A stretch of 64,000 bases of DNA, taken from Bacteroidota bacterium (GTDB taxonomy: Bacteria; Bacteroidota; Bacteroidia; Bacteroidales; GCA-2748055). Positions 47,101 through 55,548 of this stretch are shown here, piece by piece. A program made the position numbers and the translations under genes. The notes below the pieces were generated by a model, which saw only the letters and a program-made list of their open reading frames with translations, was not told the origin of the DNA and made no database searches. The first letter of the stretch is position 1, and each line of letters starts with the position of its first letter. The DNA is taken from NCBI GenBank assembly GCA_051746185.1, contig JBNJEV010000013.1, positions 5,753 to 69,752 on the forward strand, in the 5' to 3' direction.

Positions 47101-47443
47101 CATCATTCTCTGAAACCAGCCCGATATTGCTCTGTCTGAAATCGGACAGTTTGTTGTAGGTGAGGAAGATCAGCCTCCGCTCGATCTCATAATCGAAAAA
47201 ACGTTCGATCAGTTCAAGTTCCTTCTGCACGAAGTCGGCCACATAGAGCGAAAGATCCGTTCCGTTCTCGTAGGAGTAAACATCAAATCGTTCAAAGCGG
47301 TAATATTTCCAGTACCTGTTGTTGTACTGCACCCTGTTCTTCCCGAAATCCATTTGCATTCCGTTGTAGAACTGCGCTGAGAGTTGTGTTGCGGCCGCCA
47401 GCAGCAAAAACATGGTCCATATGCGCATCATACACCTCATCAT
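44153..47443 (-). CDS. 1096-aa outer-membrane protein: TolB/PD40-like beta-propeller region plus a C-terminal Omp85-like beta-barrel
   Basis: It has a signal peptide (...LLLAAATQLSAQ) and PD40-like repeats (...ISPDGTHVAYVTNQEGQYKIWI..., ...FSPDATKLVLSAVVDGQTDIWVF...). The C-terminus is ...GYGFGLRSRLMGYFIRLDWAWG...FYLSLSLDF*. Domain assignments are by eye. Confidence 0.6.
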   Translation of the reverse strand: MMRCMMRIWTMFLLLAAATQLSAQFYNGMQMDFGKNRVQYNNRYWKYYRFERFDVYSYENGTDLSLYVADFVQKELELIERFFDYEIERRLIFLTYNKLSDFRQSNIGLVSENDEYNIGGTTQIIQNKVFIYFTGDHVDFERQIRAAIAEVLLQEMMFGDGLRDNLTSKTIINLPEWYLEGLISFVSNPWDYELENRVKDGIVSGKYRKFVNLQDKDARYAGHSFWKYVADTYGASIIPQILYITKINKNAESGFLYVLGSKLKDLSVDWSAYYLGLYTSGDESSQLPQQGKILKRPHKKRVYQNIRISPDGTHVAYVTNQEGQYKIWIHTEGERRKNRIYKRGHKLEQINDYSFPVLAWHPSSEILGFVTEEEGLLKIHFYNLETDEITTRNLLYFEKILDMSFSPDATKLVLSAVVDGQTDIWVFDIASSTNERITSDLADDYHPRFINQMEEISFVSNRRLDTLFMENDPENNTTTAFSVFVYDYAEKNPLLRKISEGNYINHLQPLSMGRNEFIYLSDKNGILNRYYAEYDSVISLVDTTIHYRYFANSYPLTNYKRNILSHDINRETGEVAEIIYNNGRYHMYRHPIDFTRQYGDELEPSEYRDRHVDRLMQEDSVHHVEKKVISMKDIANNELVLDGDTIPLQEFRIDINNYIFEREKLNYYNNQLRSRNLNLVLDSAQDDQMMYIDYQTAFYPNRLVNQVDFSFLNASYQTFTGGAFYYNPGLNLLFKVGANDLFEDYRLVGGVRLATDFDSNEYLLSFENLKQRLDKQIIFHRQVFKNYTYGDYGYDAIIKTFTHEVLGSLKYPFSQVLALKGTASFRHDNTVFLSTDIDNLNESGIVKVWGGLKGELIFDNTRLLGTNLYKGLRFKIFGEAYRQLNRAKSDLYVVGGDFRHYTRIHRTLIWANRFAASGSFGRSPLIYYLGSVDNWINIFQARVPTFDESVDIDYSRNYAYQALATNLRGFSQNIRNGSNFAVFNTELRWPVIRYLVGHPLSSGFLNNFQIVGFADVGSAWTGLHPFTDQNAWNTEVITNGPMTITLDANRDPIVAGYGFGLRSRLMGYFIRLDWAWGVENMKVQPRMFYLSLSLDF

Positions 47444-47580
47444 CTTCTTACCGGGTAAAAATAAACATTATTGATGACAAGTAGGTTAGCCATTATGTCG
47501 TTTTGTATTAAATTTGCGGTATTGTATGAAAACAAAATCACAAGGGAATCGTAAAAAAGAAAAGATAAAACGTTACCGGT

Positions 47581-48663
47581 ATGAGAAAAGTAATTTTGAT
47601 TTTCTGTTTGGCCGGTCTGCTGGTGCCCCTGAAGGCGCAGACGGTAATGCCAAAGATATCTTTCGAGAAGACCGTCCATGATTTCGGCAAGTTCCGGGAA
47701 GCCGACGGGAATGTAACCTACCAGTTCGAATTTGTGAATACCGGGGGAAGCGACCTGATCATCCAGCATGTGAGCACCTCCTGCGGATGTACCGCCCCCA
47801 GCTGGACCCGCGAGCCGGTTCCTCCGGGAGGGAAAGGTTTTGTGGCGGCCACCTACAATCCTGCAGGAAGGCCGGGAGCGTTCAGGAAATATATCACGGT
47901 GATCTCCAATTCAAATCCGGGCAACGTTCGCCTGACCATCTCCGGCGAGGTGATCCCCAAACCGAAATCCATTGAAGATGAATACAGGTTTGCCATGGGG
48001 CCCATGCGCTTGAAATCAAATCACATGGCGTTCGGGAACATTAAAAATACATCGACATCGGAACGAAGGCTGGAAGTTATCAACAACTCCGGGGGCCCTG
48101 TTGAGATCGGATTCGAACGGGTCCCCGCACATATCCGGATCAAGGCCGAACCGGCTTCCCTGAAACCGGGGGAAAGGGGATATCTGGTGGCCACCTACAA
48201 TGCTCCCATGAGAAACGACTGGGGATTTGTCATTGACCGGATGAACCTGAAGCTCAACGGAGTTACGGAACGGAATTACAGCCTGGTTGTCAGTGCCAAT
48301 ATCGAAGAGGATTTTTCTGTTCTCTCAGCCGGGGAACTGGCAAAGGCACCGGCCCTGAACGTGGACAATACCGAATTCCGGTTCGGGAAGATCAAACAGG
48401 GTGAAAAGGTGGAACATACCTTTGTGCTTTCCAATTCGGGCAAAACCGATCTGGTGATCAGGAAAGTGAAGGCCTCCTGCGGATGTACCGCCGTGCAGCC
48501 TGAAAAGAAAGTGATCGCTCCGGGCGAGAAGGTCAATATTAAGATGGTCTTCAATTCTGCAGGCAAGGTCGGCAACCAGAACAAGACGGTGACCATCATC
48601 ACCAATGATCCCAAAAAGAGCAAGACCATCCTCTGGGTCAGGGGAGAAGTGATCCGGTCCTAA
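47581..48663 (+). CDS. DUF1573 repeat protein (secreted)
   Basis: The motifs ...VSTSCGCTAPSW... and ...VKASCGCTAV... sit in Ig-like modules. A signal peptide is present. Confidence 0.8.
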   Translation: MRKVILIFCLAGLLVPLKAQTVMPKISFEKTVHDFGKFREADGNVTYQFEFVNTGGSDLIIQHVSTSCGCTAPSWTREPVPPGGKGFVAATYNPAGRPGAFRKYITVISNSNPGNVRLTISGEVIPKPKSIEDEYRFAMGPMRLKSNHMAFGNIKNTSTSERRLEVINNSGGPVEIGFERVPAHIRIKAEPASLKPGERGYLVATYNAPMRNDWGFVIDRMNLKLNGVTERNYSLVVSANIEEDFSVLSAGELAKAPALNVDNTEFRFGKIKQGEKVEHTFVLSNSGKTDLVIRKVKASCGCTAVQPEKKVIAPGEKVNIKMVFNSAGKVGNQNKTVTIITNDPKKSKTILWVRGEVIRS

Positions 48664-49763
48664 AGCTGATGCATGGATCTGTATTTCTCCAGGAGGGAGG
48701 AAGCTGCCATGAAAGAGGTCATTTCCCCTTCCCTGATGGCCTTTTCGTGCTGTTCCAGTGCTTCCTGCATCCGGGGGTTATTAAAGGCAAGGTCATAGAT
48801 CCCTTCCTTCAGTGTCTCGTACATCCAGTACCTGGATTGTTCCAGTCTCCTTTTTTCAAAGCTTCCGTTTTCCGTTACATGTTCCCGGTATTCCTCTGCC
48901 ATCTGCCAGATTTCATCGATGCCTGTATTGTAAAGGGATGAGCAGGTCTTTACCCGGACCGTCCAGCCGGAAGGAGAAGGCGGGAAGAGATGCAATGCAC
49001 TGGCATATTCTGCCTGTGCCCTTCTTGCTTTCCCGACATTGCTGCCATCGGCTTTGTTGATCACCAGGGCATCTGCCATTTCCATGATCCCCCGCTTGAT
49101 ACCCTGCAGTTCGTCGCCCGCCCCTGCCAGCATGAGCAGCAGGAAAAAGTCCACCATGCTGTGCACCGCTGTTTCTGACTGGCCCACTCCTACTGTTTCC
49201 ACGAAGATGTTATCGAACCCTGCTGCTTCACACAGGATAATGGTCTCCCGGGTCTTCCGGGCCACCCCTCCAAGGGTTCCCCCCGACGGAGAAGGACGGA
49301 TATAGGCTTCGGCTTTTCCTGCCAGCTCTTCCATACGGGTCTTATCCCCCAGGATGCTCCCCTTTGATCTGTCGCTGCTTGGATCAATGGCCAGGACGGC
49401 CAGTTTTCCGCCTTTTCCGATGATATGGTTTCCGAGGGCTTCGATGAATGTGCTTTTTCCTGCTCCGGGAACACCGGTAATGCCAATGCGGAAAGATTTC
49501 CCCGAATAAGGCAGGCATGCCCTGATCAGTTCCCGGGCATCTGCCTGGTGCCCGGGGAGTGAGCTTTCAATGAGCGTAATGGCCCGGCTCAGCATTCCGG
49601 TATCGCCTTTGCGGATTCCTTCCAGCAGATCGGACGGGGAGTACTGTTTCTTTTTCGATTTTTTCAGGCGACTGACCGCCTCCTTGTTGATGGGACCGGG
49701 TTGTTCCACTCCTTCGGACAGGGACAGGGCAGATCCTTTCTTCTTCTTCTTCTTACTCATCAA
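48660..49763 (-). CDS. meaB: Methylmalonyl-CoA mutase-associated G3E GTPase (MeaB/ArgK)
   Basis: ...RIGITGVPGAGKSTFIEALG...AVLAIDPSS...GGSILGDKTRM... matches MeaB/ArgK. Confidence 0.88.
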   Translation of the reverse strand: MMSKKKKKKGSALSLSEGVEQPGPINKEAVSRLKKSKKKQYSPSDLLEGIRKGDTGMLSRAITLIESSLPGHQADARELIRACLPYSGKSFRIGITGVPGAGKSTFIEALGNHIIGKGGKLAVLAIDPSSDRSKGSILGDKTRMEELAGKAEAYIRPSPSGGTLGGVARKTRETIILCEAAGFDNIFVETVGVGQSETAVHSMVDFFLLLMLAGAGDELQGIKRGIMEMADALVINKADGSNVGKARRAQAEYASALHLFPPSPSGWTVRVKTCSSLYNTGIDEIWQMAEEYREHVTENGSFEKRRLEQSRYWMYETLKEGIYDLAFNNPRMQEALEQHEKAIREGEMTSFMAASSLLEKYRSMHQL

Positions 49764-49781
49764 TGCACCGGTTGTTTATGG

Positions 49782-51866
49782 TCAGCCCGAATCCTGTGGA
49801 GTCGCATATTTTTTCCTGAAATATTCGTGGGTGGCCATCTGTGACCTGACGTCAGGACCTTTGGTGACAATCCTGACGTTGTTCAGGTTCTCATCGATCT
49901 CGCATGCCTTCACATTATCGGACAACTGGATGTTCAAAATGTCCAAAATTTCCTTCCTCGCATCAGGATCGTAGACCGGGAACACACATTCCACCCTTCT
50001 GCGCAGATTTCTTTTCATCCAGTCGGCCGATCCCATAAAGATATGGTGTTCACCGTTGTTCAGAAAAACAAAGACCCTGGCATGTTCCAGGTAGCGGTCC
50101 ACGATCCGGATCACCCGGATGTTCCGGCTGTAGGGCTGACCGGTCTTCAGGGTGCATACCCCCCTGATGATCAGATCGATCTTGACACCGGCCTCACTGG
50201 CCCTGTAGAGATGGTTTACCATTTCCCCGTCCTGGAGTCCGTTCATCTTCAGCAGGATATATCCGATCCCGTCCTGCTTCGCATGCTCGATCTCCTGGTC
50301 GATCAAATCGATGAACCGGGGTATCAGGTTGAAACCGGGCACCAGGATATGTTTGAAGTCAGGTCTCAGATCCCTGTTTTCCAGGTGATTGTACAGCTCT
50401 TTCACTTCTCTGACCACCTCGGGATTCGATGTGAAAAGGCCATGGTCGCCATACTGGCGGGCCGTTTTTTCATTGAAGTTCCCGGTGGCCAGGTAGGCCT
50501 GGTCGCCGTGTTTGGATTCTTTTTTCCGGATGACCAGCGCGATTTTGGCATGTACCTTCAGTTTGGGGATGCTGTAGATAATCCTGATCCCGGCCTTGGT
50601 CATCTCATTGGCCCATTTCAGGTTGGCTTCCTCGTCGAAACGCGCTTTCAGTTCAACAAAAACGGTGACCTTTTTTCCGTTCTCCGCGGCATCGATCAGG
50701 GTATTGACCACTACCGAATGGTCGGAAACCCGGTACTGGGTTGCCTTGATCTCTTCGACGGTGGGATCGGTGGCTGCTTCCCGGAGGAACCTGAGAAAAT
50801 GCTCGAAAGGCTGGTAAGGCACGCTCAGAAGGTAATCCTTCTTTCCGATAAGCGAGGCCATGGTCTTTTTCTGGTTGGCAAGCGCCGGGATGGGGACCGG
50901 GGGAAGGTTCTCAATTTCCAGTTTCGGATATACCGGATTGGGGAAGTTGAAGAAATCCCTGAAATTGTGGTGGCTGCCTCCGATGACCAGGATATCCTTG
51001 GAAATCCCGAAGGATTCGGTGATGTATTTCAGCATCTTCTCGGGCATCCTCCGGTCATACTGGAACCGGTTCGGGCTCCCGATGGAGCGAAGGGAGTGTA
51101 TCCTGTCGATGGTCTCGATCAGATCTTCCCCTTCATAATCATCGTATTCCAGGTCTGCATCCCTGGTCAGCTTCATGGAATACCAGTTCTTGACCTTGTA
51201 TCCCGGGAACAGGGCTTCGCTGTGCCTCATGATCACATCTTCCAGGAACATGATGTAGTGTTTGTTTTTCTCCCGGGGAAGTTCCAGGAACCTGGGGATA
51301 TTGTGGTCGGTGGGGATCTTTACGATTGAATAACGTCTCACCTGTTTGATCCCGACCCGTTCCTTGCTGACCATTTCCATGGCAATGTAAGGCTGACCGG
51401 TCTTCAGAAAAGGGCGCACTTTCTTTTTGACCAGGATGACCGGCTGGATGGAGGTAAGGATGTCGGAGTAAAATATCTCCCGTATGTATTTGTTCTGTTC
51501 CTCGGAAAGCCTGTCCCGTTCTTCCACAACGATGATGTTGTTCTTTCTCAGTTCGGGAAGGATCTCATCCTCAAAGATCAGGTGGAAAATGGATTGCTGA
51601 TTGGTGACGATCTCATTGATCTGCCGGATGATGTCCGAAGGATTCACCTGGCGTACATGATCGGAAGGAAACTCGCTTTCATGGCGCAGCAACTCTTTAT
51701 AGTAACTAACCCTGACCTCGTAGAACTCCTCCATGTTGTTGGAGTAGATGGCCAGGAACTTGATGCGCTCATAGAGTGGCAGGGTCTTGTCCATGGCTTC
51801 CTGGAGGACCCTGAAATTGAAAGAGAGCCAGCTTATATCCCTGTTGATATATTCATATTTACCCAT
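49782..51866 (-). CDS. ppk: Polyphosphate kinase 1
   Basis: MGKYEYINRDISWLSFNFRVLQEA... and the HKD-like C-terminal domains match Ppk1. I preferred the internal ATG at 51866 over the track start at 51935. Confidence 0.93.
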   Translation of the reverse strand: MGKYEYINRDISWLSFNFRVLQEAMDKTLPLYERIKFLAIYSNNMEEFYEVRVSYYKELLRHESEFPSDHVRQVNPSDIIRQINEIVTNQQSIFHLIFEDEILPELRKNNIIVVEERDRLSEEQNKYIREIFYSDILTSIQPVILVKKKVRPFLKTGQPYIAMEMVSKERVGIKQVRRYSIVKIPTDHNIPRFLELPREKNKHYIMFLEDVIMRHSEALFPGYKVKNWYSMKLTRDADLEYDDYEGEDLIETIDRIHSLRSIGSPNRFQYDRRMPEKMLKYITESFGISKDILVIGGSHHNFRDFFNFPNPVYPKLEIENLPPVPIPALANQKKTMASLIGKKDYLLSVPYQPFEHFLRFLREAATDPTVEEIKATQYRVSDHSVVVNTLIDAAENGKKVTVFVELKARFDEEANLKWANEMTKAGIRIIYSIPKLKVHAKIALVIRKKESKHGDQAYLATGNFNEKTARQYGDHGLFTSNPEVVREVKELYNHLENRDLRPDFKHILVPGFNLIPRFIDLIDQEIEHAKQDGIGYILLKMNGLQDGEMVNHLYRASEAGVKIDLIIRGVCTLKTGQPYSRNIRVIRIVDRYLEHARVFVFLNNGEHHIFMGSADWMKRNLRRRVECVFPVYDPDARKEILDILNIQLSDNVKACEIDENLNNVRIVTKGPDVRSQMATHEYFRKKYATPQDSG

Positions 51867-52045
51867 GAAATGAGGTTCAGTCTCTGTACAAATGTAAGGA
51901 ACCTGTTTGACATTTAAACACTTAATTGAATACATTTCCCCGGGACCCGGTTCATAAACCCCGGTATAAAAGGTTCGGATATTATGAATATAATATTAGT
52001 TTTGCTTCGTTATTGAAGGGTTGAACCAGCGGTGATCATATTTTT

Positions 52046-53293
52046 ATGAAACAGCATATAAGAGGGGTTCTGGTACTTGTTACCATATTTATTGTTTCCA
52101 TCATCTCGATTTTGTTGAACTCGGGTTCAAACCTTCCCTATGAACGGCTGGAAGAGGTCCCCCCTGACCGGGAAATCACCCCGGAGCGTTCCGCCATCGG
52201 GGATTATACCGGCCTGATGGTCCGTGCACTGGACAGCACGGGGACGGTCGGAGCCGCATTCACCATTGTCCATGACGGCCGGATCGTTGCCACCCGCACC
52301 CATGGTGTGAGAAGGCAGGGCAGCAGTGCAAGAGTCAACAGGCATACTGTATTCCGGCTCGCTTCCGTATCCAAGGGATTCTCAGGGGCGCTGGCCTGCC
52401 TGCTGGAGGATGAAGGGATCCTCTCCCTGGATGACAGGGTCAGCGAATACCTTCCGGGATTCAGGCTGAAGGATCCGGTCAGTACTGCGGAACTCAGCCT
52501 TCGCCATGTGATGAGCCATACCTCCGGACTGGTCCCCCATGCCTACGATAACCTGGTGGAAGCGAATATGGACCTGGCTTCCATTATCGGGCGGCTCCAT
52601 GAGGTCGATATCTCAGCCCCACCCGGGAAACTGTATGGATACCAGAATGTGGTCTTCAGCATCCTGGCACCCATATCTGAGCAAATAACAGGTAAATCTT
52701 ACGGCGAGTTGCTCGAAGAGAAGCTTTTTCATCCGCTGGGAATGGAGGATGCTTCCGCGGGCAGGATCGATCTTGACCATTCTTATAATGTGGCATTCCC
52801 TCACATCAAAGGAAGGAACGGATACATTCCGCTGGACCTGCACAACGGGTACTATAACGTGCTGCCTGCTGCAGGGATCAATGCCAGTATTTCCGATATG
52901 GGCCAGTGGCTGCTTGCGCTGCTGGGATACCGGCCGGAACATTTCCCCGACACCGTATGCCGGCAGCTTGCCGCTCCCCTGGTGTACACACCTTTGAAAT
53001 GGCAATATACCCGTCAATGGAAGCCTTTCAGGGAACGCTACTACAGCATGGGATGGAGGATCTACCATTACCGGGGCCGGAAAATCGTCTATCACGGAGG
53101 CTATGTGCGCGGCTACCGGGCGGAGATCGGGTACTGTCCGGAAGAAAAGGTCGGCATCGCTTTCCTGCAGAATTCCCCCAACGGACTTGCCTCCAGGAGC
53201 GTACCCGCTTTTTTTGATCTGTTTTTTCAGACGCTTGACGGAGAAACGGAGCCTGTAATTAGAGGAGACGCAGACCTTGTGGACAAAAAATAA
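52046..53293 (+). CDS. Serine hydrolase of the beta-lactamase / PBP (class C-like) family
   Basis: It has an N-terminal TM/signal segment, the S-x-x-K motif (FRLASVSKGF) and downstream YxN-like motifs (HAYDN, YQN). Confidence 0.82.
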   Translation: MKQHIRGVLVLVTIFIVSIISILLNSGSNLPYERLEEVPPDREITPERSAIGDYTGLMVRALDSTGTVGAAFTIVHDGRIVATRTHGVRRQGSSARVNRHTVFRLASVSKGFSGALACLLEDEGILSLDDRVSEYLPGFRLKDPVSTAELSLRHVMSHTSGLVPHAYDNLVEANMDLASIIGRLHEVDISAPPGKLYGYQNVVFSILAPISEQITGKSYGELLEEKLFHPLGMEDASAGRIDLDHSYNVAFPHIKGRNGYIPLDLHNGYYNVLPAAGINASISDMGQWLLALLGYRPEHFPDTVCRQLAAPLVYTPLKWQYTRQWKPFRERYYSMGWRIYHYRGRKIVYHGGYVRGYRAEIGYCPEEKVGIAFLQNSPNGLASRSVPAFFDLFFQTLDGETEPVIRGDADLVDKK

Positions 53294-53374
53294 ACCCAAA
53301 TTCGGTTTGGTTGTTATATTCGTAAATTCACCATGAAACGAGCATGAACTTTTTTAATCAAAAATTCAGCCAGC

Positions 53375-54766
53375 ATGAAATATGATCTACTTGTCATCGG
53401 AAGCGGACCGGGAGGATATGTTGCCGCCATACGGGCCGCACAATTGGGATTGAAAACTGCGGTCGTCGAGCGCGAATCCCTGGGAGGGGTCTGTCTCAAC
53501 TGGGGATGCATTCCCACAAAGGCACTTCTGAAGAGCGCCCAGGTCTTTGATTATATTCAGCATGCGGCTGATTACGGGGTTTCCCTGGATGGAAAGATCA
53601 CCCCCGATCTGGAAAAAATGGTGGAAAGAAGCAGAACGGTTGCCGAAGGGATGAGCAACGGGGTAAAATTCCTTTTCAAGAAGAACAAGATCGAGGCCAT
53701 CATGGGAACCGGCAGGCTGAAGTCGCCCGGAAAAGTGGAGGTAACCGATGCGGACGGCAAGACCACCGAAGTGGAGGCGGACCACGTTATCCTGGCCACC
53801 GGGGCCAGGTCCAAAGAGCTTCCCAGTCTGAAACAGGATGGCAAAAAGATCATCGGGTACCGGGAGGCCATGACCCTGAAAAAGCTTCCGGAATCCATGC
53901 TGGTGGTCGGTTCCGGCGCAATCGGAAGCGAATTTGCCTATTTCTTCCATACCCTGGGAACGGAAGTGACCCTGGTGGAGTTCCTTCCCAGCGTGGTTCC
54001 CCTGGAGGATGAGGAGGTTTCCAAACAGCTGGAGCGTGCCTTCAAGAAAGCGAAAATGAAGGTGATGACCGGTTCTTCGGTCGAGAGTGTGGACACTTCC
54101 GGGGATCTGTGCAAAGCCACTGTCAAAACCAGCAAAGGAGAGACAGAGGTGGAGGCGGAAGTGGTGCTCTCAGCGGTGGGGATTACACCGAACATTGAAA
54201 ACATCGGCCTGGAAGAGATGGGGATCGAGCTGGAGAAAGAGAAGGTAAAGGTGGATCAGTTCTACAGGACCAATGTGAACGGGATCTATGCCATCGGGGA
54301 TATTGTGGGTGGACCAGCACTGGCGCATGTGGCATCGGCCGAAGGGATCACCTGCGTGGAGAAGATCGCGGGACTTGATCCGCATCCGGTGGACTATCTC
54401 AATACTCCTGCCTGTACCTATACCGGTCCCGAAGTGGCCTCGGTGGGCATGACCGAAAAAGCTGCGAAAGAGGCCGGGTACGAGCTGAAGGTGGGGAAAT
54501 TTCCCTTTACAGCTTCGGGCAAGGCATCAGCGGCAGGGGCCAGGGATGGTTTTGTGAAACTGGTCTTTGATGCTAAATACGGAGAGCTGCTGGGGGCCCA
54601 TATGATCGGGGCCAATGTGACCGAAATGATCGCCGGGATCGTGGTGGCCAGGAAGCTGGAAACCACCGGGGAGGAGATCATCAAGTCGGTCCACCCCCAT
54701 CCCACCATGTCGGAAGCCATTATGGAGGCCGCCGCCGCGGCGTACGGAGAGGTGATTCATATTTAG
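53375..54766 (+). CDS. lpdA: Dihydrolipoyl dehydrogenase
   Basis: MKYDLLVIGSGPGGYVAAIRAAQLGLKTAVVE...GGVCLNWGCIPTKALL... contains the redox-active disulfide motif. Confidence 0.94.
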   Translation: MKYDLLVIGSGPGGYVAAIRAAQLGLKTAVVERESLGGVCLNWGCIPTKALLKSAQVFDYIQHAADYGVSLDGKITPDLEKMVERSRTVAEGMSNGVKFLFKKNKIEAIMGTGRLKSPGKVEVTDADGKTTEVEADHVILATGARSKELPSLKQDGKKIIGYREAMTLKKLPESMLVVGSGAIGSEFAYFFHTLGTEVTLVEFLPSVVPLEDEEVSKQLERAFKKAKMKVMTGSSVESVDTSGDLCKATVKTSKGETEVEAEVVLSAVGITPNIENIGLEEMGIELEKEKVKVDQFYRTNVNGIYAIGDIVGGPALAHVASAEGITCVEKIAGLDPHPVDYLNTPACTYTGPEVASVGMTEKAAKEAGYELKVGKFPFTASGKASAAGARDGFVKLVFDAKYGELLGAHMIGANVTEMIAGIVVARKLETTGEEIIKSVHPHPTMSEAIMEAAAAAYGEVIHI

Positions 54767-54909
54767 CTCGCTTCGCGAGCAGTTAGTATGCTCGCTGCGC
54801 GAGCAGTTAGTGGTTAGAATGCCTGCTGCGCAGGCGTTAGGAGTTAAGGGTTAGTATGCTCACTGCGTGAGCGTTAGCGTTAGGTTGCCTGTTGTGCAGG
54901 CGTTAGGGG
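54766..54909. repeat. Array of five 15-nt stem-loops interleaved with GTTAG motifs, ending GTTAGGGG
   Basis: H1 54766-80 is GCTCGC-TTC-GCGAGC. H2 54790-804 is GCTCGC-TGC-GCGAGC. H3 54821-35 is GCCTGC-TGC-GCAGGC. H4 54858-72 is GCTCAC-TGC-GTGAGC. H5 54887-901 is GCCTGT-TGT-GCAGGC. GTTAG occurs at 54782, 54806, 54813, 54836, 54850, 54873, 54879 and 54902. Confidence 0.8.
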
Positions 54910-55179
54910 AATCCTTATCTATTTGGTACACTGAATCCAGTTGCTCAGGCGAAAAACCGGGTATAGTCATTTTGTGATTTTTGCGCTTAACAATTCTGTT
55001 AGTAATTCTCAATGATGTTAGTTTTGCAATATCTGCCTTTCTTATTTTGTGTTTCGTAATCCATTATCAATAAGACAGATACAATGGTAAAAAAAATTGT
55101 CCGAGGAAAGGAGATTCAACATAATTGTTAAGAAGTAATGACTTTGTTAGTCGCGATTTTTACGGAACGGAGGTACCTT

Positions 55180-55480
55180 AATTTTTACTTCTCAGAATCT
55201 CCGGTAGCAGTGGTGTTCTTTGAATCCCGCGAGCACATTGGCCGAGCTCCGCTTCGCTACGGTTCCCCGAAGTATAACTTCGGGTTTCCTGTTTCCTTCG
55301 AACTGAATTACCGAGGATTCCTCGGTAGTTGCATTTTCCTAAAGCTCATTGCTTTTGTAGATATTTTTCAGGTGCAGGCCAATTGTATCGGTATCTTTGT
55401 CGAAAAGCTCTGCCAACTGCTTTTGGGGCAACCAGAAGATTGCAGGATAATCCTGGGTTGAATTTCAAACTTCTGGGAAG
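55180..55480 (-). pseudogene. RhuM-family (virulence-protein-like) N-terminal remnant with an in-frame stop and frameshift
   Basis: The minus strand reads ...DYPAIFWLPQKQLAELFDKDTDTIGLHLKNIYKSNEL*ENATTEESSVIQFEG.... This matches the conserved RhuM N-terminal pattern (..VWL...QLA.LFD.D..TI..H..N.....EL). It is interrupted by TAG (55339-55341) and preceded by an out-of-frame KFEIQPRI segment. The boundaries are approximate. Confidence 0.45.
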
Positions 55481-55548
55481 CATCTTTCTCCCTTAACCCC
55501 CATTCGGTCAGTCCTCTGAACTCCCATTCTGACTGGCCCTGAAAAAGT

